A DNA stretch of 64,000 bases from Gemmatimonadota bacterium (GTDB lineage Bacteria; Gemmatimonadota; Gemmatimonadetes; Palauibacterales; Palauibacteraceae): contig OY762926.1 of NCBI GenBank assembly GCA_963666735.1, positions 1,696,001-1,760,000 of the forward strand, read 5' to 3'. The notes below the pieces were generated by a model. The model ran no database searches, had not been told where the DNA came from, and saw only the letters and a program-made list of their open reading frames with translations. Position numbers and translations under genes: made by a program. Below are positions 9,931 to 20,598 of the stretch, piece after piece. Numbering within the stretch: position 1 is the first letter of the stretch; the number at the start of each line of letters is the position of its first letter.

Positions 9931-10638
9931 CTACGGCGCGCGGCGCGAAATCCAGCCGCCGTAGAGGAGCGCCCGGTAGTATCGCCACACATCCTCGAAC
10001 CCCGCACCCGCCAGCAGTTCGAGAATGCGCGCCTCGGAAGCCCAGTGGATGCCCTCGTCGATCTTCGCCCTGAACCCGGCCCGTTCCGCCTCTCCCATGC
10101 CGTGGATCTCCCAGTAGCGGCTCCACGCCGCGAAGAGTTCACCATAGCGGGGGCCGTCCCGGTCTCCATGCAGTTCGAACAGAAGGAAGGGAGCGGCGGG
10201 CGCGAGGCGGCGGGCGATGTCGCGCAGGAGCGACTGCTTCGCGCCGTCGTCCGGGAGGAAATGCATGACGTTGAAGCATGTGGCGGCCGTGAAACCGTCC
10301 TCTTCGAGGTCGGAGACGTGTCCGTGGACGAGGCGGACGCCGTCTTCCACGCCGGCTTCCCGCATCCGATGCCTGGCGATCTCGATCATCTGGCGCGACG
10401 GATCGACGCCGGTCAGCCGCCACTCGGGCTCCGCCGTCTTGAAGGTGACCAGCTCGATGCCGGTTCCGGCCCCGACGACGAGCACCCGCGGACTCGGGCC
10501 CACGCGCCCCCCGAGGAGCGCGAGCGCCTGTCGGAACGAGCTCAGGTAGCCGGGTATCACCGTGCGGGCGATGTACTCGTAATCGCCGCCGTACGCTCCA
10601 TCGAAGTCGAACGATTCCGCCTTCCCGCGTGTAGTCAT
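9931..10638 (-). CDS. Class I SAM-dependent methyltransferase
   Basis: VLVVGAGTG motif I, GVDPSRQM, VMHFLPDDG. Confidence 0.88.
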   Translation of the reverse strand: MTTRGKAESFDFDGAYGGDYEYIARTVIPGYLSSFRQALALLGGRVGPSPRVLVVGAGTGIELVTFKTAEPEWRLTGVDPSRQMIEIARHRMREAGVEDGVRLVHGHVSDLEEDGFTAATCFNVMHFLPDDGAKQSLLRDIARRLAPAAPFLLFELHGDRDGPRYGELFAAWSRYWEIHGMGEAERAGFRAKIDEGIHWASEARILELLAGAGFEDVWRYYRALLYGGWISRRAP

Positions 10639-10813
10639 GGGCACAAGAGACCCCCCACCCCGGATTCGTTCAAGTGTGATCCCGGCGCCGGGGCGGTCGC
10701 CGGGGCGTGAACCCGACAGGAGGTCGCGGCTCGTATGGGAGTTGGTAGCGGCTCGGATGGGAAGGGTCGCGGACGTGTTGAGGTTCAGATTGCCGAAAGG
10801 CACGATGGTATAG

Positions 10814-11992
10814 ATGAATACGAAGAAATTGACCGCCCGCCCGCGGGTCGCGGTGCTGGCCCCGGTGCTGGCCGCCTTGCCCGCCTTCGCCGGTTGCGGC
10901 GCTGCCGGAGCGGGGAACGATCCGGCCGGGTCGGGCCGGCCGGCCGCCATAGCGGCGAACATCCAGTCGGGACCGAAGATGCGCGGCGTCTCCTTCTCCG
11001 CCCCGCGGCGCGAGATGGCGCCGGATGCGTTCGTTCGCGCTTCCCAGGCGGGGGCGAACTGGGTCGCCGTCATCCCCTACGCCTTCGTGGATCCCGCCCG
11101 GCCGCGCGTCGCGTTCGACCGCGAACGCCAGTTCTGGGGCGAGAGGACGGAGGGCGTCGCGAAGACGATCGAATACGCCCGGGAGAGCAGGCTCTCCGTA
11201 CTCCTCAAGCCGCATCTCTGGGTGCGCGGGCAGGGCTGGCCGGGCGAGTTCGAGCCCGGTACGGAGGAGGACTGGGAGACGTTCCTCTCGGGATACCGGG
11301 AGTACATCCTCCGGTTCGCGCACGTCGCCGACTCGATGGACGTGGAGATGATGAGCGTGGGGACGGAGGTCGATCTCGTCGCGCTCGCGCGGCCCGACTA
11401 CTGGCGGTCGCTCATCGAGGAGGTGCGGGCGATCTACGGCGGCCGCCTCACGTACGCGGCGAACTGGGACAAGTACGCCCAAATCGAGTTCTGGGACGCG
11501 CTCGATCTCGTGGGCGTGGATGCCTACTTCCCCCTCACCGACGACGCCACGCCGGACGTGGAGACGCTGATCGAGGCGTGGGAGCCGTGGAGCGAGGAGT
11601 TGCGCGAGGTCGCGGTTGCCACGGGCAAGCCGATCCTGTTCGCCGAGTTCGGGTATCGCAGCGTGGACGGAGCGGCGGGCCGCCAGTGGGAGTTGCCGGA
11701 GGGGCGCCGCGCGGCGGGCGTGCCGGCGAACTACGAGGCGCAGTCCGGGGCCTACGAGGCGCTCTTCCGCGTGTGGTGGGATCGTCCCTGGTTCGCGGGC
11801 GGCTTCGCCTGGAAGTGGTACGCGGGATCCCCGGCCGGAGAGTGGATCGACACCGACTACTCGCCTCAGGGGAAGCCGGCGGAGACGGTCATGGCCACCT
11901 GGTACGGGGGCGACGCGAGCGCGGGCACGCCCCCGGTCCTCACGCTTCCGGATCGCGTTGCGGATCGACCGCCCGGTCCGGCGCCGGACTGA
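10814..11992 (+). CDS. Glycoside hydrolase family 113-like TIM-barrel lipoprotein
   Basis: LKPHLW, VGTE, TYAANWD, GVDAYFPL, KPILFAEFGY; lipobox-like FAGC. Confidence 0.8.
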   Translation: MNTKKLTARPRVAVLAPVLAALPAFAGCGAAGAGNDPAGSGRPAAIAANIQSGPKMRGVSFSAPRREMAPDAFVRASQAGANWVAVIPYAFVDPARPRVAFDRERQFWGERTEGVAKTIEYARESRLSVLLKPHLWVRGQGWPGEFEPGTEEDWETFLSGYREYILRFAHVADSMDVEMMSVGTEVDLVALARPDYWRSLIEEVRAIYGGRLTYAANWDKYAQIEFWDALDLVGVDAYFPLTDDATPDVETLIEAWEPWSEELREVAVATGKPILFAEFGYRSVDGAAGRQWELPEGRRAAGVPANYEAQSGAYEALFRVWWDRPWFAGGFAWKWYAGSPAGEWIDTDYSPQGKPAETVMATWYGGDASAGTPPVLTLPDRVADRPPGPAPD

Positions 11993-12659
11993 ATTCCAGT
12001 TCCGTCTGCAGGACGCCCTGGAAGGTGATCCGGTGGTGCGGCGTCGGACCGTGCCGGCGGATCGCCTCCATGTGCTCGCGGGTCCGGTATCCCTTGTTGG
12101 ACGCCCAGCCGTAGAGCGGGTATCGCGCGCCGAGACGCCGCATCAGGCGGTCGCGCGTGACCTTCGCGAGGATCGAGGCGCAGGCGATGGAATGCGAGGC
12201 CCTGTCTCCCCCGACGATCGAGCGGTGCTCGCCGAGTTCCGGGACCGGATTGCCGTCCACCAGCACGAGTTCCGCCGGGAGCGGGAGACGATCGAGCGCG
12301 CGGCGCATGGCCACGATGGTCGCGGCACGGACGTTGAGGCGTTCGATCTCACGGGTGGAGGCGGCGGCGACGCGCCAAGCGAGACTCTCGGCGCGGATGC
12401 GTCGGGCGAGTTCCTCGCGGCGGGCCGGGGAGACCTGCTTGCTGTCCGTACATCCCTCGAACTGCTGTCCCGGGTGGAGCGCGACGGCGCCCACCAGCAC
12501 GGGACCCGCCACCGGACCCATTCCAGCTTCGTCGATCCCGACCACGACGCGGAGGCCGGAGGCCCAGCCCTCTTCCTCGTAGTCGAGCGGCGCCGTGGCC
12601 GGCGCTTCCGGAGCGGGCGTCGCCGGTGTCAGCCGTCCTGCTTCTTGTCGAGCCACCAC
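11940..12659 (-). CDS. rnhB: Ribonuclease HII (true start probably near 12630)
   Basis: [36 protein letters not shown]; follows rplS. Confidence 0.93.
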   Translation of the reverse strand: MVARQEAGRLTPATPAPEAPATAPLDYEEEGWASGLRVVVGIDEAGMGPVAGPVLVGAVALHPGQQFEGCTDSKQVSPARREELARRIRAESLAWRVAAASTREIERLNVRAATIVAMRRALDRLPLPAELVLVDGNPVPELGEHRSIVGGDRASHSIACASILAKVTRDRLMRRLGARYPLYGWASNKGYRTREHMEAIRRHGPTPHHRITFQGVLQTELEFSPAPDRAVDPQRDPEA

Positions 12660-13000
12660 TTCCGCTCTGGCACCCGGGCCCGCTTGCCGCGGCGGTTACG
12701 CAGGTAGTAGAGCTTGGCGCGCCGGACATCGCCCCGCCGCACGACTTCGAGCCCCGCGATCCACGGCGAGTGGAGGGGGAAGATCCGCTCGACGCCGACG
12801 CCGCCGGAGATTCGCCGCAGCGTGAAGGTCGCGTTGACCCCCGCCCCGCGACGGCCGATGCACACGCCCTCGAACGGCTGCACGCGCTCCTTCATGCCTT
12901 CCTTCACGCGTACGCGAACGCGCACCGTGTCCCCCGGCGCGAAGGCCGGAAGGTCCGTGCGCTTATATCCCTCCTCGATACCGGCGATTCTGGGATCCAT
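12629..13000 (-). CDS. rplS: 50S ribosomal protein L19
   Basis: [35 protein letters not shown]. Confidence 0.97.
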   Translation of the reverse strand: MDPRIAGIEEGYKRTDLPAFAPGDTVRVRVRVKEGMKERVQPFEGVCIGRRGAGVNATFTLRRISGGVGVERIFPLHSPWIAGLEVVRRGDVRRAKLYYLRNRRGKRARVPERKWWLDKKQDG

Positions 13001-13145
13001 CGTTCGTCTATCCTTGTTTCCTGCGTCTCTATGTGCGTTTGCGGCTGCGCGTCAAGCTGCGCATCGGGCTCGTATCAAGCTGCGTGACGATCCGCGTCAC
13101 GGGAGGGTAGCGGCGGTGTGACGAGGCGTACGGCCACAGCCTTTT

Positions 13146-13175
13146 AGTATACCATTGCCGAGGGGCCTGCGCCAA
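13146..13175 (-). promoter_or_regulatory. Putative sigma70-type internal promoter for rplS-rnhB
   Basis: Minus strand TTGGCG-N18-TATACT with TG extended -10, in an AT-rich patch between trmD and rplS. Confidence 0.55.
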
Positions 13176-13185
13176 GAAAAACCCG

Positions 13186-13866
13186 TCAGTCGGCCGCGTC
13201 GAGGTCGAGGAGGTCGGGTCGGCGGCGTCGCGTCGCCGCATCGGCCCGCGCGGCGCGCCAGCGCTCGATCCGGGCGTGATCGCCCGACCGGAGCACGTCC
13301 GGTACCGGTCGGCCGCCGTGCTCGGCGGGCCGCGTGTAGGCGGGAGCGGAGAGGCGCCCCTCGTAGAACGAGTCGGAGGCGGCCGAATCGTGATCGCCGA
13401 GCGCCCCGGGGAGGAGGCGCACCACGGCGTCGATGACGACAAGCGTGGCCGGTTCGCCGCCGCTGAGGACGTAGTCCCCGATGGAGATCTCCTCGTCGGC
13501 CCAGGCGTCGATGACCCGCTCGTCGATCCCCTTGTAGCGCCCGCACAACAGCGTGAGATCGGATTCGAGCGCGAAGCGCACCGCCGTCTCGTGGTCGAAC
13601 GGCCGTCCGCGCGGGGAGAGCGAGATCACGCGCCCCGGGCGGTCCAGCACCGTGAGTGCGGCGTCGAAGGGCTCGGGCTTCATGACCATTCCGCCCCCGC
13701 CTCCGAACGGCTCGTCATCCGTCGTCCGGTGGCGATCCGTCGCGTAGTCGCGCACGTCGATGAGCCGGTAGTCGACGAGCCCCGCCTCACGGGCGCGGCC
13801 CGGGATCGAGAGACCCAGCGGGCCCTCCAGGTAGTCGGGGAAGATCGTGAGGACGTTGATTCGCAT
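13186..13866 (-). CDS. trmD: tRNA (guanine-N1)-methyltransferase
   Basis: DDEPFGGGGGMVMKPEP, LCGRYKGIDERV, SIGDYVLSGGE, YTRP, SGDH. Confidence 0.97.
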   Translation of the reverse strand: MRINVLTIFPDYLEGPLGLSIPGRAREAGLVDYRLIDVRDYATDRHRTTDDEPFGGGGGMVMKPEPFDAALTVLDRPGRVISLSPRGRPFDHETAVRFALESDLTLLCGRYKGIDERVIDAWADEEISIGDYVLSGGEPATLVVIDAVVRLLPGALGDHDSAASDSFYEGRLSAPAYTRPAEHGGRPVPDVLRSGDHARIERWRAARADAATRRRRPDLLDLDAAD

Positions 13867-13907
13867 CGGAGTCTGGTCGCGGACGGCCCGTCGGGTGCGC
13901 ACGGCGC

Positions 13908-14477
13908 TCAGATATCGAGCAGGCCGGCGGGGAGATTCATGTCGACCTCGCCGGTCTCGAAGTCCAGTTCCACGACAAGGTCCGCCTGGAACGGGATCAG
14001 CCGCTCGCGGCCGGCCACGTCGAGTGCGAGGAGCGGCGCGCCGGGCTGATCATACACGTCCCGGATCACACCGATCGTCGTGTCCCCTTCGCACACCGAC
14101 ATGCCGATCAGATCGTGCAGCAGGTAGCCCCCGTCCGGCAGATCCGGCAGTTCTTCGCGGGGGACCCCGAGGCGCGCGCCGCGGAGCCCCTCGGCCGTCG
14201 TGCGGTCCGCCACCTCGCGGACCTCGACGAGCCACCGTCCGCCGTGGAGCTTCGCCGTCTCCAGCGTGAGCGCCCGGGGCTGGAGCGCATCGCCCGCCCG
14301 CGCGCCCGCGTCCGCGCCTCGGCCCACGCCCGGGTCGGCGCCCGCGTGAATGAGCTGGAGCCGCCGACCCGCCTGGAAGAGCGCCTCCGCGCGGTCGGTT
14401 TCGGCTTCCAGGAGCAGCCCGCCGCGGATCCCGTGCGGCCGGGCGATGCGGGCCACGATCACGGGCGCGTCGAACAT
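13908..14477 (-). CDS. rimM: Ribosome maturation factor RimM
   Basis: ARIARPHGIRG, DRTTAEGLRG, HDLIG, LIPF; lies between rpsP and trmD. Confidence 0.92.
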   Translation of the reverse strand: MFDAPVIVARIARPHGIRGGLLLEAETDRAEALFQAGRRLQLIHAGADPGVGRGADAGARAGDALQPRALTLETAKLHGGRWLVEVREVADRTTAEGLRGARLGVPREELPDLPDGGYLLHDLIGMSVCEGDTTIGVIRDVYDQPGAPLLALDVAGRERLIPFQADLVVELDFETGEVDMNLPAGLLDI

Positions 14478-14490
14478 GGTTGCGGCCGCG

Positions 14491-15069
14491 CTAGTCCTTG
14501 TCGCCGGCGTCGCTCGCCTCGTCGCCGGCGTCGGCCGCATCTTCGGCCGCGTCACCGGGGGCGTCATCCGCCGCGGCGGCTGCTTCCGCCTTCGTCGCTG
14601 TCTCGGCTTCGGCCTCGGCTCCGGTCTCGGCCTCCGGCGCTGCCTCCGCTTCGGCCGCCGCCTCGGTCGGGGCGGCCTTCCCGGCGGCGGGCGGCTCGGG
14701 CTCCGGCTCCGGCGGGGCCTCCGCACTCGGCTTCGGACGCTGGGACGTGCCGCGCTGTCCGGGCGGCGGACCGATCTCGATGATCGCCGTCTCGAGCGAC
14801 CCCGGATCCACGCCCTCGTGGAACTGCTTCCAGACACCCGTCTTCCGCAGAAGCGACCGCACCGTGTCCGTCGGCTGCGCGCCCTCGTTGAGCCAGTGCA
14901 GGGTGCGCGCGGCGTCGATCCGCACGAGCGATGGCTGCGTGCGCGGGTTGTAGAGCCCGAGGCGCTCGATCGACGCGCCCGACGTCCCTTCGCGCGAGTC
15001 CGTCACGATGATGCGGAACGTGGCCGCCTTCTTCGCCCCACGCCGCTTGAGTCTGATTGTCGTCGCCAT
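14491..15069 (-). CDS. rpsP: 30S ribosomal protein S16 with long Ala/Glu/Asp-rich tail
   Basis: IRLKRRG.KK, IERLGLYNP, WLNEGAQPTDTVRSLL. Confidence 0.95.
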   Translation of the reverse strand: MATTIRLKRRGAKKAATFRIIVTDSREGTSGASIERLGLYNPRTQPSLVRIDAARTLHWLNEGAQPTDTVRSLLRKTGVWKQFHEGVDPGSLETAIIEIGPPPGQRGTSQRPKPSAEAPPEPEPEPPAAGKAAPTEAAAEAEAAPEAETGAEAEAETATKAEAAAAADDAPGDAAEDAADAGDEASDAGDKD

Positions 15070-15127
15070 TCATTTCTCCGATTCTCTCCCTGATTCGGCC
15101 CGGTATCGGCCCGAAACCGGCTCCGGT

Positions 15128-16486
15128 CTAGCCCAGTCCTCCGCCCAGTCGGCCGAGGTCTCCGGGACCTCCCGGCATCATCCGGGGCATGAGCTTGCCC
15201 ATCTGCTTCATCATCTTCCGCATCTCGCGGAACTGCTTGAGGAGTCGGTTCACCTCGTGCACCGGGCGCCCCGATCCCTTCGCGATCCGCGCCCGGCGCG
15301 ACCCGTTCAGGATCTCCGGCCGCTTCCGCTCCTCCGGCGTCATCGAAAGGATGATCGCCTCCAGGTGCCTCACCCGCCGCGGGTCGACGTTCGCCTGGTC
15401 CAGCATGCCCGCGTCGATACCCGGCATCATCTTCAGCAACCCCTTCAGGGGTCCCATCTTCTGGATCTGCTGGATCGAGGTCAGGAAGTCCGCCAGATCG
15501 AAGTCTCCCTTCCCCGCCAGCATCTTCTTCTGCAAGCGCTCGGTCTCGCCGAGGTCGACCGTCTGCTGCGCGCGCTCCACCAGGCCGACGATGTCCCCCA
15601 TCTGGAGGATCCGGCCGGCCATGCGCTCCGCGTCGAAGACCGTGAGGTCCTCGGGCCGCTCGCCCGTTCCGACGAATCGGATCGGCACGCCGAGCACGCT
15701 GTAGATCGAGAGTGCCGCGCCCCCGCGGGCGTCGCCGTCCATCTTCGTGAGGACGACCCCCGTAAGCCCCACCGCGCCGTGGAATCCCTCGGCGATCCGC
15801 ACCGCCTCCTGCCCGGTCATCCCGTCCGCTACGAGCAGGACCTGATGCGGCTCCACGGCGGCCTTCACGCGGCGCAGTTCGTCCAGCAATTCCTCATCCG
15901 CCTGCAGCCGGCCGGCCATGTCGAGGAGCAGGTGCGTGACCCCGCTCCGCCTCGCCTCGTCCAGCGCGCCGCGGGCGAGTTCCGACATGTCCTCGCCGCT
16001 CGGCCGCGCCAGAAGCGGGACGCCGACCCGCGCCGCCAGCACCTCCAACTGCTCGGGCGCCGCCGGGCGGTAGGGGTCGCACGCGACGAGCCCCGGCCGC
16101 CGCCCCTCCTTGGCCAGGCGTCGCCCCAGCTTCGCCGCCGTCGTCGTCTTCCCCGACCCCTGCAGGCCGACGAGCATGATCACCGTGGGCGGGACCGACG
16201 CCTCCGACTCCTCGGACGCCGCCTCCCCCAGCAGGGCGACGAGTTCGTCGTGGACGATCTTCACGATCTGATCGCCCGGCCGAACCGACTTCATCACATC
16301 CTCGCCGAGCGCGCGCTCCTTCACCTTCGCGAGGAAGCCGCGCACGACCCGGAAGTTGACGTCCGCCTCGAGCAGGGCGCGCCGCACTTCGCGCAGCCCC
16401 TCGTCCAGCATCTTTTCCGTGATGACGCCGCGCTGGCGCAACTTTTTCAGCGCGCCGTCGAGCCGGTCACCGAGACGTTCGAACAT
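15128..16486 (-). CDS. ffh: Signal recognition particle protein
   Basis: ALLEADV, GLQGSGKTT, AGR, TKMDGDARGGAALS, Met-rich M domain. Confidence 0.97.
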   Translation of the reverse strand: MFERLGDRLDGALKKLRQRGVITEKMLDEGLREVRRALLEADVNFRVVRGFLAKVKERALGEDVMKSVRPGDQIVKIVHDELVALLGEAASEESEASVPPTVIMLVGLQGSGKTTTAAKLGRRLAKEGRRPGLVACDPYRPAAPEQLEVLAARVGVPLLARPSGEDMSELARGALDEARRSGVTHLLLDMAGRLQADEELLDELRRVKAAVEPHQVLLVADGMTGQEAVRIAEGFHGAVGLTGVVLTKMDGDARGGAALSIYSVLGVPIRFVGTGERPEDLTVFDAERMAGRILQMGDIVGLVERAQQTVDLGETERLQKKMLAGKGDFDLADFLTSIQQIQKMGPLKGLLKMMPGIDAGMLDQANVDPRRVRHLEAIILSMTPEERKRPEILNGSRRARIAKGSGRPVHEVNRLLKQFREMRKMMKQMGKLMPRMMPGGPGDLGRLGGGLG

Positions 16487-16670
16487 CCACCGTTCCAGGC
16501 ATCAAAAAAACGCGATTGGAAGGTCTCCATTCGCGTCTCGAGAAGGCGCCGAACCGCCCGCACCCGATCCGTATTGAGCCGCCAAGTCTAGGGGTTTTCC
16601 CAACTTCAAGCAACGATCCACGCGGCGAGACGGCAACGGCGGCGAGTTGCAACACATGCCACCGAGTGAC

Positions 16671-16808
16671 ATGGTTCTCCAGCGTCCCACATGCAACCGC
16701 TCCAGGGTCCAGGACCACTACCCGTCCGTGACCCGTCAAGGGATTCAGGCGGTCGTGCACTATGCTGCCGAGCTCGCCAGGGAACGCGTCGTGGCCCTGT
16801 CTCGTTGA
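16671..16808 (+). pseudogene. DUF433-like antitoxin remnant (C-terminal part only)
   Basis: Manual translation ...VQDHYPSVTRQGIQAVVHYAAELARERVVALSR* resembles a DUF433 C-terminus; abuts the DUF5615 remnant. Confidence 0.6.
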
Positions 16809-16933
16809 GTGAAATTCAAGCTTGATGAGAATCTGCCGCATGAGCTGACGCTCATCTTCCTTCAGGCCGGACACGATGCGTCGCCGGACAACTGTGGATT
16901 GTAGAGGAATCGCGCATCCGCGTGCGTCGGTGA
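16809..16933 (+). pseudogene. DUF5615 PIN-like toxin remnant with internal deletion
   Basis: VKFKLDENLPHELTLIFLQAGHDA (N-terminus) joined out of frame to GQLWIVEESRIRVRR* (C-terminus). Confidence 0.7.
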
Positions 16934-16967
16934 CGGGAGCGTTGACCCAGGTCAGCGCCCGTCGACG

Positions 16968-18299
<1,332 letters not shown>

Positions 18300-19193
18300 T
18301 CAGGCGGAGACGCCGAGGGCGGCGGCTTCCAGGGCGGCGTCGACGGTGGCGAGCCTGGCTTCGTCCGCCGGCTGAAGCGGGCTGCGGGGCACGCCGCCGT
18401 AGAGACCGATCCGGTCGAGCGCGGCCTTCACCGCGGCGATTCCTCCCTCCGCCACCAGACGCTTGTGGAGGGGAGCCACCCGCTCCTGCATGGCCCCCGC
18501 GCGGCGGTGGTCGCCCTCGCGCCAGGCGTCGTAGATCTGGCAGGTCGACCGCGTCGCGACCACGGCCACGCCGAGGATGCCGCCGACGGCCCCCGCCTCG
18601 AGCGCCGCGTAGAAGAGCGCTCCCGAGCCCACGAGCACCTGCGCGTTGCGGCCGCACGCCTCGATGAGTCGGCCGAGGTTCCCGAGATCTCCCGAGGAAT
18701 CCTTGATCCCGATGATGTTGGGGTGCTCGACGAGCCGGCCCACGAGATCCGGCGTCAGGTGCACCGGAACGAACTGGGGGATGTGGTAGAGGACGACGGG
18801 CACCGGAGACGCGTCCGCCACCGCGACGAAGTGGTCGCGCACGAGGTCCGGCCGCATCGCCTTCAGGTAGTAGGAGGCGGAGCGGACGAGGACGGCGTGC
18901 GCGCCGAGGTCCGCCACTTCGCGGGTCACGGAGATTACCTCGCGCGTGGACTCGGCCCCCGTCCCGACCGTGAGCGTACGGTCTCCGATCCTCGCCGCGG
19001 TCGTCTCCACCAGTGCGCACAATTCACGTCGGTCGAGGAGCGGGGCCTCGCCGGTCGACCCGGCCACGACGATGCCGGCGACGGGGTGCGAGAGCCACTC
19101 GCGCAGGTTGCCGTCGAACGCGTCGAGCGCGAGTTCACCGTCCTCGCCGAAGGGCGTGGCCACGGGCGGATGGACACCGGAAAGGTCTCTCAT
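18300..19193 (-). CDS. Dihydrodipicolinate synthase (DapA) family aldolase
   Basis: GSTGE, VLYHIP, IIGIKDSSG Schiff-base Lys motif. Confidence 0.9.
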   Translation of the reverse strand: MRDLSGVHPPVATPFGEDGELALDAFDGNLREWLSHPVAGIVVAGSTGEAPLLDRRELCALVETTAARIGDRTLTVGTGAESTREVISVTREVADLGAHAVLVRSASYYLKAMRPDLVRDHFVAVADASPVPVVLYHIPQFVPVHLTPDLVGRLVEHPNIIGIKDSSGDLGNLGRLIEACGRNAQVLVGSGALFYAALEAGAVGGILGVAVVATRSTCQIYDAWREGDHRRAGAMQERVAPLHKRLVAEGGIAAVKAALDRIGLYGGVPRSPLQPADEARLATVDAALEAAALGVSA

Positions 19194-19238
19194 GGGAGTC
19201 ACGGAACTTTCGATTGTGGGGTGATTCCGACGTCGCGG

Positions 19239-19371
19239 ACGTTCCCGCGGGAATTTTTCGTGCGTCATCGCGTTCCCGCGGGAACGTTTTCCCGGGCAGG
19301 GCTCAATGTGGCGGCAAGCGGGGGGTCCTTCAAGGTGATCGAAGGTCCGTCGACGTTCCCGCGGGAACGTC
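19239..19371. repeat. Cluster of three copies of palindrome CGTTCCCGCGGGAACG
   Basis: Copies at 19240 (14/16), 19271-19286 (perfect) and 19352-19371 (20-bp perfect palindrome). Confidence 0.95.
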
Positions 19372-19389
19372 CGCCGGCCCCGGACTCAG
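19352..19389 (+). repeat. 38-bp direct repeat, left copy
   Basis: GACGTTCCCGCGGGAACGTCCGCCGGCCCCGGACTCAG; 36/38 identical to 20561-20598. Confidence 0.95.
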
Positions 19390-19396
19390 CGGAGGC

Positions 19397-19816
19397 TCAT
19401 CTGGCGAGGAGGCTCTGGAGACTCCACCGCGAGGCCGTGACTTCGTGTGGATCGGACAACGTTCCGTCGCATGGCGCGATGCGAAGCCGGAGTTCGTGCT
19501 CCCGGGACCGGTGCGCCGGCAAACAACTGACGCTGGCGGAATCCGCCCCCACGATCCATGTCGCCCGCTGCACTGCCTGGTTCTGAGGGAGCGGTGGCTT
19601 CAAACCGTCTTCAAGCATCGTTTCAATGTAGAGGTGCTTGGCGTCCTGGAGGTTCCACAGCGCCTCATCGGGCGTATCGCCGTGGCTCGTGCACCCCTCC
19701 AACTCAACGACGCGGGCGACATAGTACGACGATCCGTCATCAAGAACCTCTTGCAGGATCCGCTCTCCGTAGGGCAGGCTCATGTAGTAGTTGATGTTCC
19801 CTGCTTTACTGCTCAC
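19397..19816 (-). CDS. HicB family antitoxin
   Basis: YVARVVELEGCTSHGDTPDEALWNLQDAK...LEDG..PP HicB signature. Confidence 0.88.
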   Translation of the reverse strand: MSSKAGNINYYMSLPYGERILQEVLDDGSSYYVARVVELEGCTSHGDTPDEALWNLQDAKHLYIETMLEDGLKPPLPQNQAVQRATWIVGADSASVSCLPAHRSREHELRLRIAPCDGTLSDPHEVTASRWSLQSLLAR

Positions 19817-20061
19817 CAGACATCTCCTGCCGCCTCGAGTCTGTCGATGAGGTCCAAGGCATCCCTCACGTACACGTTACGCACCGGGTCGTGCCGCGCA
19901 ACGGTCGCTCGTAGCTGTGGATAGACGGGATGACGATAGATCACATGCTTGCTCCCTTCACGTCGGTCGAACCCGTAACTGCGGTAGAGCTTGTGAAGTT
20001 CGCGAAGCCTCCAACCGGCGGGCGACCGGCGCATCTTCTCGCGCAGCTTCTCATCGCCCAT
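19813..20061 (-). CDS. HicA family toxin
   Basis: YGFDRREGSKHVIYRHP with catalytic His; overlaps hicB start. Confidence 0.85.
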   Translation of the reverse strand: MGDEKLREKMRRSPAGWRLRELHKLYRSYGFDRREGSKHVIYRHPVYPQLRATVARHDPVRNVYVRDALDLIDRLEAAGDVW

Positions 20062-20477
20062 CAGGACGGAGGATGATCTGGACCCTCGATCAGCGTGACC
20101 CGGAACCTCAGTGTCTTCTTCAAATCGTTGTTAACGAAGATCGAGATCGAGTAGTCACCTTGCTTGTCGAACGAGAGGTTCTCGAGGCGGAGGATTTGAT
20201 CCATCTTGAGGATCTCGCCCGGCCGCGAGGGAGGCGCCCTGAATTCGCCGTTGATCGCAAACGCCGTTGCACCGTCAGCGTCCATGCACTTGATCTCGAC
20301 GGAGTGCTCACGTTCTCCTTCCGCTACCCCCAGCTCCAGACTGACAACGAGGTGCGCTGAACTGATCCTGGCGGGAAGGCGGTTGGTTGCCACGCTGTTG
20401 AAGATGCCCATCACGCTCAGTTTTCCTTCGCGCGAGATGCTGGCGTAGTCCGCCAGCGCGGCAAGAGCGATCTCCAC
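20061..20477 (-). CDS. Conserved hypothetical beta-sandwich protein (DUF6941-like), coupled to hicA
   Basis: ALADYA....GKLSVMGIFN N-terminus and F...GDYSISIFVN C-terminus. Confidence 0.6.
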   Translation of the reverse strand: MEIALAALADYASISREGKLSVMGIFNSVATNRLPARISSAHLVVSLELGVAEGEREHSVEIKCMDADGATAFAINGEFRAPPSRPGEILKMDQILRLENLSFDKQGDYSISIFVNNDLKKTLRFRVTLIEGPDHPPS

Positions 20478-20560
20478 TTCGACGTTCTCCGGGTTTCCGA
20501 TTCCTGGGAGGGGGAAAAACAGGTAGCCCGCTGGCGTGCCCGATGCAAGTTCCTTCCGCA

Positions 20561-20598
20561 GACGTTCCCGCGGGAACGTCCGCCGGCTTCGGACTCAG
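20561..20598 (+). repeat. 38-bp direct repeat, right copy
   Basis: GACGTTCCCGCGGGAACGTCCGCCGGCTTCGGACTCAG; includes the stop codon of the adjacent dehydrogenase gene. Confidence 0.95.

Noticed and set aside
16467..16874. 135-aa minus-strand ORF between purA and ffh
   Set aside because: It is the antisense shadow of the DUF433/DUF5615 remnants on the plus strand.
19239..19389. Palindrome cluster as a CRISPR array
   Set aside because: Repeats are only 16-20 bp, spacing is irregular (about 15 and 65 bp), and no cas genes are visible.
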